DNA from: an uncultured Pseudomonadota bacterium
GTDB lineage: Bacteria > Oederibacteriota > Muellerivitia > Muellerivitales > Muellerivitaceae
Reading direction: 5' to 3'
Length of the DNA: 64,000 nucleotides
Assembly: GCA_963836235.1 (NCBI GenBank)
Contig: CAWIIP010000002.1
Location: 160,001-224,000 of the forward strand
Part shown: positions 59,014 through 64,000 of the stretch, one piece after another
Layout of the letters: each line of letters begins with the position of its first letter
Numbering within the stretch: position 1 is the stretch's first letter
Position numbers and translations under genes: made by a program
Notes under the pieces: model-generated
Databases searched by the model: none
Seen by the model: only the letters and a program-made list of their open reading frames with translations
Told to the model about the DNA's origin: nothing

Positions 59014-62000
59014 ATGAAAACTAGGTCATGCCTGACCATCCTTTTTTTAACCCTCACACCCCTTCTTCGTGCCCAAACCTGGACCACGGTTGGCATGGGC
59101 GGGGGCGGGGCCCAATATGCCCCGGCTATTTCCCCTTTGAATTCCAACCTGCGCTTTGTCGGCTGCGATATGTCGGGCTGGTACCGCAGCGCCGACGGCG
59201 GCAATACCTGGAGCATGCTGGATTTCTACCAGATCAGCACTGCGGTGGATTACGGGTTCAACAACGGGGTCATGTGTCCCATGGCTTTCAGCCCTACCAA
59301 CGCCAACACCGTCTACGGCTTCGGGGCCCAGCAGGACACTCAACTGAACTCCCCCAACCTTTTGGTCAGCAACGACGGCGGCCAAACCTGGACGGTCGTG
59401 CCGGGCGCCAATCCCGGCCCATGGCCCGCCTGGGGCAACACGGGAGGACGGATTACCCAGATCTATATCGACCGGGGCGACGCCAATTTCATCCTGATCG
59501 GGACCGACAACGGAGTCTGGCGCAGCACGAACGGAGGTACCAACTTCTCGGCCACAACCGGCAGTTCGGGTTATGTGAACGGCTTTATGGTGGACCAATC
59601 CTCAACCCTCGGCAACCGAACCTGCTACGTGGGCACTTCGGCGGGGGTTTTTAAATCGACAAACGAAGGCGGCACCTGGTCCGCCGCCAACACGGGCCTT
59701 CCCACCGCCAACGTCCTGGGTTTCGCGGGCGCCAGCACTGGGACGACCGGGGCCACCAAGATTTTCGTGGTGGAGGCCAGCACCAACCAGGTCTATACCT
59801 CAACCAATGCTTCTTCCTGGACCCTCTCCCTGCCCAGTTCGACCAACAGCTCCACGATGGTGGCCTGCGCGGACAACGACATCACCACCGCCTATGTCAC
59901 CAACACCGGAAACCGAAATATCTATCAGACTGTCAACGGGGGAACTTCCTGGTCCCTGGTCTTCAACGACAGCTCCCCGGTCGCCAACCTCTTCGACGGC
60001 TGGATCGATTTCGACCTGAGCTTCTCGGGCTGGGGCTCACCAGTGGATGGGCTTGGGGTGAATAGTGCCAATTCCAGCCAGGTGATGTTTTCCGATCTGG
60101 GCGAGACCTTCAAGAGCGACACGGCCGGGGTGAGCTGGACGGAAGCCTATTCCAATTTCGCGGGGAGCCCGCCGCCTTCCCAGGGCCAATCCTGGTCCTC
60201 GCGGGGGTTGGAAGTCACCAGCGTCTTTCAATACGCCTTTGACCCCAACAACGCCAATTACAATTACATCTGCGCCTCGGACATCGGCTTTTGCTGGTCC
60301 GGCGACTCAGGCGCGACCTGGCACAACACTGCCCGCCGCAACGACGGGTCTTTTCCTTCAGGTTGGACGGAAACTTTCTATCACGTGGCCTTCAACTCGA
60401 CCGCGGGTACAGTCTTCGCCGCGGTTTCCAGCTTGCACGACCTGGACCATTCCAATCCCATTGGTAAGGCGGGCACAGGCGGGGTGATCAAGAGCACCAA
60501 CTATGGCGGCACCTGGACCACTTCCTCCAGCGGCCTGCCTTCCGCCCCCGATACTTCTGTCGTCTACGACCCGGTCAACCTGGTCTTTTACACGGCCCTC
60601 TGGGGGCAGGGAGTTTACAAATCCACCAACAACTGCGCCAGTTGGACAGCCTGTGCCACCCAGCCCGTTATCGGAACCAACAAGGACGTTTATTCTTTGA
60701 AGATGGTAGGCGGTAACCTTTATTGCCTTCTCTCGTCCCAAAAGGGTTATGCCAACCCAGGGGGCCTTTTTGTTTCCGCAAACGGTGGCGGCACCTGGAC
60801 CAATATCGCAACCAACGTGAACGGGAGCGCGCCCTACTACCCCACGGAATTCGACGTGAACCCTTCCAACCCCACCACGATCTTCCTGGCGGCCCAGGAT
60901 GCCAGTTCCTCCACCGGCGGCTGTTACCGCACCATCAATGGCGGCACCAGTTGGACGAAGATGGCCATTCCAGTGACCCTCTATGGGACCCCGGGCTATA
61001 CACCCTACGGCTGGGCCCCCTCCATCGACCCCAGCAATCCCACCACCGTCTATTACGGTACGGAGAACCAGGGCTTTTTCGAATCCACCGACGATGGCAA
61101 CACCTGGGCCCGGGTGACGACCCTTCCCTTCAGTTCGATCCAACACGTCGCTTTTGGGAACAATGCCACCTATGTGGGCACCTTCGGCGGGGGAGTTTGG
61201 AAACTGGCCAATAGTTCTTCCACCACCGCCACACCCTCATCCACCCCTTCGGCGACGCCCTCCGGGCCTACGCCCACTCCTACTTCGACCGCAACCCGAA
61301 CCACCACTTTCACCCCTACGACCACCGCCACCTCTAGCGCGACCGCCTCACCCACTTTGACGCCTACGGCCACCACCACCTTTACGCCCACCAGTACCTC
61401 TACATCCACTTCCTCTTCAACACCCTCCAATACCTCCTCCGGTCCAACGAACACCCCGACTTTAAGCCCAACCTGGACAGCTACCACTACCTCCACAGCT
61501 ACGGCCACCTCTTCTCCAACCGCGTCTCCTACTTTAACGGCCACAACCACCGCAACCCCAACTCTCACCGGCACCCCTACCTTCACGGCCTCAAAAACGT
61601 CAACTTTTACTCCAACCTCTACCGAAACCAACAGCGCCACCTCCACGCCAACCTTCACACCCACCGCAACTTTTTCACCGACCATTACACCGACAGGTAC
61701 CTTGCCTCCTACCAATACATCCACGTCCACCTTAACGAAAACTCCCACCTTCACCGCAACCCTCACCAACAGCCCCACCGGAACCTTGACCACCAACTCT
61801 ACCTCAACAACCTCCCCAACCCCTCGTCCAGCGGGAACAATCCTGCCCTATCCCAACCCCGTGATGGGCCCTGGTCCCGTTCAAATCCAACTCACACTGG
61901 ATCAGGCAGCAAAGGACATAACGGTATCGGTTTTCACCACGGCTTTCCGGAAGATCAACGAAGTGGATTATGGCGCCCAACTCGCCGGACCGGTAACCCT

Positions 62001-62112
62001 GCCCTTGGTCACCCAGGATAAAGGTGGCGTACCGCTGGCGAACGGCCTTTATTACCTGGTGGTTAAAGAACCCGAAGGTCACTCGGTTGGGAAATTGATG
62101 GTTTTAAGGTAG
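59014..62112 (+). CDS. GH74-like BNR-repeat glycoside hydrolase with Thr/Pro linker and CTD-like tail
   Basis: MGGGG, CDMSG and SDIG (two candidate catalytic Asp), many S.DGG.TW repeats; YPNP..GLYY..KLMVLR. Confidence 0.8.
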   Translation: MKTRSCLTILFLTLTPLLRAQTWTTVGMGGGGAQYAPAISPLNSNLRFVGCDMSGWYRSADGGNTWSMLDFYQISTAVDYGFNNGVMCPMAFSPTNANTVYGFGAQQDTQLNSPNLLVSNDGGQTWTVVPGANPGPWPAWGNTGGRITQIYIDRGDANFILIGTDNGVWRSTNGGTNFSATTGSSGYVNGFMVDQSSTLGNRTCYVGTSAGVFKSTNEGGTWSAANTGLPTANVLGFAGASTGTTGATKIFVVEASTNQVYTSTNASSWTLSLPSSTNSSTMVACADNDITTAYVTNTGNRNIYQTVNGGTSWSLVFNDSSPVANLFDGWIDFDLSFSGWGSPVDGLGVNSANSSQVMFSDLGETFKSDTAGVSWTEAYSNFAGSPPPSQGQSWSSRGLEVTSVFQYAFDPNNANYNYICASDIGFCWSGDSGATWHNTARRNDGSFPSGWTETFYHVAFNSTAGTVFAAVSSLHDLDHSNPIGKAGTGGVIKSTNYGGTWTTSSSGLPSAPDTSVVYDPVNLVFYTALWGQGVYKSTNNCASWTACATQPVIGTNKDVYSLKMVGGNLYCLLSSQKGYANPGGLFVSANGGGTWTNIATNVNGSAPYYPTEFDVNPSNPTTIFLAAQDASSSTGGCYRTINGGTSWTKMAIPVTLYGTPGYTPYGWAPSIDPSNPTTVYYGTENQGFFESTDDGNTWARVTTLPFSSIQHVAFGNNATYVGTFGGGVWKLANSSSTTATPSSTPSATPSGPTPTPTSTATRTTTFTPTTTATSSATASPTLTPTATTTFTPTSTSTSTSSSTPSNTSSGPTNTPTLSPTWTATTTSTATATSSPTASPTLTATTTATPTLTGTPTFTASKTSTFTPTSTETNSATSTPTFTPTATFSPTITPTGTLPPTNTSTSTLTKTPTFTATLTNSPTGTLTTNSTSTTSPTPRPAGTILPYPNPVMGPGPVQIQLTLDQAAKDITVSVFTTAFRKINEVDYGAQLAGPVTLPLVTQDKGGVPLANGLYYLVVKEPEGHSVGKLMVLR

Positions 62113-62158
62113 ACCGGCTTGTTAGAAGGTTGCTGAAAAAATATTTTTCATATCCGAG

Positions 62159-62665
62159 TTAATGTTCGAGAGACCCTAACAACCCCGGAGTAACGACTTC
62201 CTGAACGATGGGTTGGGCCAGGAATTTTCCATCTCTGTATTTCAGTGTGATATGGTTGGTCTTGGCGTTCAGGTAATCCATGACGAAATCATTTTCCCCC
62301 AGGGTCACGCCGAAGTTTCTTTGGATTTTAGGGTTGAAACTCAAGACCAGCTTTCGGGTTAACTCCAACTTATCCTGGGCGATCTTGGGATCGGCTTGGA
62401 TGCCGACCACTGAAAGTTCGATCACTTTTTCTTGCGGGTCATAGGTGACCCCTACCCGGTAAACTTCGGGATTACCCATTATGTCCCCCGGTTTTTTGGA
62501 TTCTAGAACGGCGCTGACGGAAATCATCATGGATTGCAGGTAATTGGCCACCCGCTCACCGGCGGTAATGGTTTGAGGTTCGCCGAGGGCCTCATTCCCC
62601 GCGCAGACTCGCCCACTCAGGACTAGACCCAGAAACAACGTCCCTACCAGTTTTCGAGAGATCAT
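62159..62665 (-). CDS. Secreted hypothetical protein
   Basis: Signal peptide; downstream of ychF. Confidence 0.6.
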   Translation of the reverse strand: MISRKLVGTLFLGLVLSGRVCAGNEALGEPQTITAGERVANYLQSMMISVSAVLESKKPGDIMGNPEVYRVGVTYDPQEKVIELSVVGIQADPKIAQDKLELTRKLVLSFNPKIQRNFGVTLGENDFVMDYLNAKTNHITLKYRDGKFLAQPIVQEVVTPGLLGSLEH

Positions 62666-62674
62666 AAATTCCCC

Positions 62675-63769
62675 TTACACATTAAATCGGAAATGCACTA
62701 CATCGCCGTCTTTCATGACATATTCTTTGCCTTCGGTGCGAAGTTTGCCTGCCTCCCTGGCCTTGGCGGTGGAACTAGCCGTCACCAAATCTTCGAAGGA
62801 ATAAACCTCCGCTTTGATGAACCCACGCTCAATATCGGAATGAATTTTTCCCGCCGCCTGGGGCGCTAAAGTTCCCTTGGTAATGGTCCAAGCCCGGGCT
62901 TCCATTGGCCCCGCCGTGAAATAGGAAATGAGCCCCAGTGTTTCATAGGACTTGCGGATGATGGCGTGAAGCCCCCGTTCCTTGATTCCCAGGTCCTCGA
63001 GGAACTGCTGGGCTTCTTCCTCGGGCAATTCAGCCACCTCAGACTCGATCTTGGCGGAGATGGGAAGACAGCCAGCCTGGTGCGATTCCGCGTGTTTTTT
63101 GAGAACCTGGTAATACTTGTTCTGGTTGGGATCGGCCAAGTCGTTCTCGGATACGTTGCCGATGAAAAGAAAGGGTTTGCGGGTAAGTAAGCTCAGTTCT
63201 TTCAGCTTCTTTTCCTGCTCCGGCGTGGCGGAAAGCGAAATGGCGGGTTTTCCTTCTTCTAGTACCTTCTTCACCGCCGAAAACAAATCCCATTCCAAGA
63301 GGGCTTCCTTGTCCCCCGCCCGTTTTCCCTTTTCGGTCCGCTGCAGGCGCTTATCCACCGTTTCCAGGTCGGCCAGACAAAGCTCGGTGAGGATGATTTC
63401 AATGTCGCGGACAGGATCGATGGACCCTTCCACATGGATGATATTGCCGTCCTCGAAGCAACGGACTACCATCGCGATGGCGTCCACCTCGCGAATGTGG
63501 GACAGGAACTTGTTGCCCAGTCCCTCCCCCTTGCTGGCGCCCTTTACCAACCCGGCGATATCCACGAATTCCACGATGGCCGGAACCTGTTTTTCACTCT
63601 TCTCAATGGCCGCCAACTTTCCAATGCGGTCATCAGGTACGGTTACGACTCCCACGTTGGGATCAATGGTACAAAAGGGATAGTTTTCCGCCGGAGCCTT
63701 GGATTTGGTAATGGCGTTAAATAGGGTGGACTTACCCACGTTGGGTAAACCGACGATTCCAATTTTCAT
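62675..63769 (-). CDS. ychF: Redox-regulated ATPase YchF
   Basis: GIVGLPNVGKSTLFN, NYPFCTIDPN, DIAGLVKGAS.GEGLGN, FRFNV end. Confidence 0.98.
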   Translation of the reverse strand: MKIGIVGLPNVGKSTLFNAITKSKAPAENYPFCTIDPNVGVVTVPDDRIGKLAAIEKSEKQVPAIVEFVDIAGLVKGASKGEGLGNKFLSHIREVDAIAMVVRCFEDGNIIHVEGSIDPVRDIEIILTELCLADLETVDKRLQRTEKGKRAGDKEALLEWDLFSAVKKVLEEGKPAISLSATPEQEKKLKELSLLTRKPFLFIGNVSENDLADPNQNKYYQVLKKHAESHQAGCLPISAKIESEVAELPEEEAQQFLEDLGIKERGLHAIIRKSYETLGLISYFTAGPMEARAWTITKGTLAPQAAGKIHSDIERGFIKAEVYSFEDLVTASSTAKAREAGKLRTEGKEYVMKDGDVVHFRFNV

Positions 63770-63787
63770 TCAGTACTCCAAAGGATA

Positions 63788-63874
63788 TTTCACTGCGGAG
63801 GACACAGAGTTTAAACCGAAAAAGATAATTTGTCTCAAAATCCTTGTGCTTTTCTCCGCGTCTTCGCGGTGAAA
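63788..63874. repeat. Intergenic REP-like inverted repeat
   Basis: TTTCACTGCGGAGGACACAGAG ... CTCCGCGTCTTCGCGGTGAAA. Confidence 0.5.
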
Positions 63875-63877
63875 AAC

Positions 63878-64000
63878 TTATTGGATTTTCTGAATCAGCA
63901 CCGGTAATTGGGCGGGTTTGGGCACCATCTGTAGCACCCAGGAGCGGGCCGGGGGCGTATTCAATTGCTCCGCCGAGGGCAAGAGATCGTCATACCAAAG
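63878..64000 (-). CDS. 3' end of an unidentified CDS
   Basis: Open frame to TAA at 63878. Confidence 0.5.
   Translation of the reverse strand, partial: LWYDDLLPSAEQLNTPPARSWVLQMVPKPAQLPVLIQKIQ

Overview
Bacterial chromosomal window. The host is uncertain; the Thr/Pro-linker secreted proteins with a shared C-terminal domain resemble those of FCPU426/Goldbacteria-type lineages (inference). Housekeeping-type genes flank the window: an ABC transporter at 1-2.4 kb, and nth, glycosyltransferases, serC and ychF at 42-64 kb. Between them lies a ~40 kb accessory region. Best candidate for a new system: a short 278-aa serine recombinase (catalytic + recombinase domain, no zinc ribbon/coiled coil) followed by three directly repeated 26-bp palindromic sites (GTCC-N5-GGGTCCCC-N5-GGAC at 4699, 5793, 8010). 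These sites tightly bracket two single-gene cassettes. The outer arms of sites 1 and 3 reconstitute one ancestral site, which suggests an integron-like cassette array run by a serine recombinase. Second major signal: at 25-39 kb, ArdC, a RadC-like JAB protein, a DUF6876-like gene and three SpoVG-like genes each sit behind long repeated, highly structured non-coding leaders (three families). The leaders show compensatory changes and mostly template-strand G-T pairs, like CUP/Frpo ssDNA promoters. They alternate with toxin-antitoxin operons that have ordinary sigma70 promoters. Also present: a Type III R-M locus with a truncated PHP-ATPase gene, an IS1380-family element with an outward promoter that appears to have carried off the 5' end of a GH5 gene, and several abrupt gene-fragment junctions that may be real rearrangements or assembly chimeras. 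All calls are by eye; no database searches or folding programs were run.
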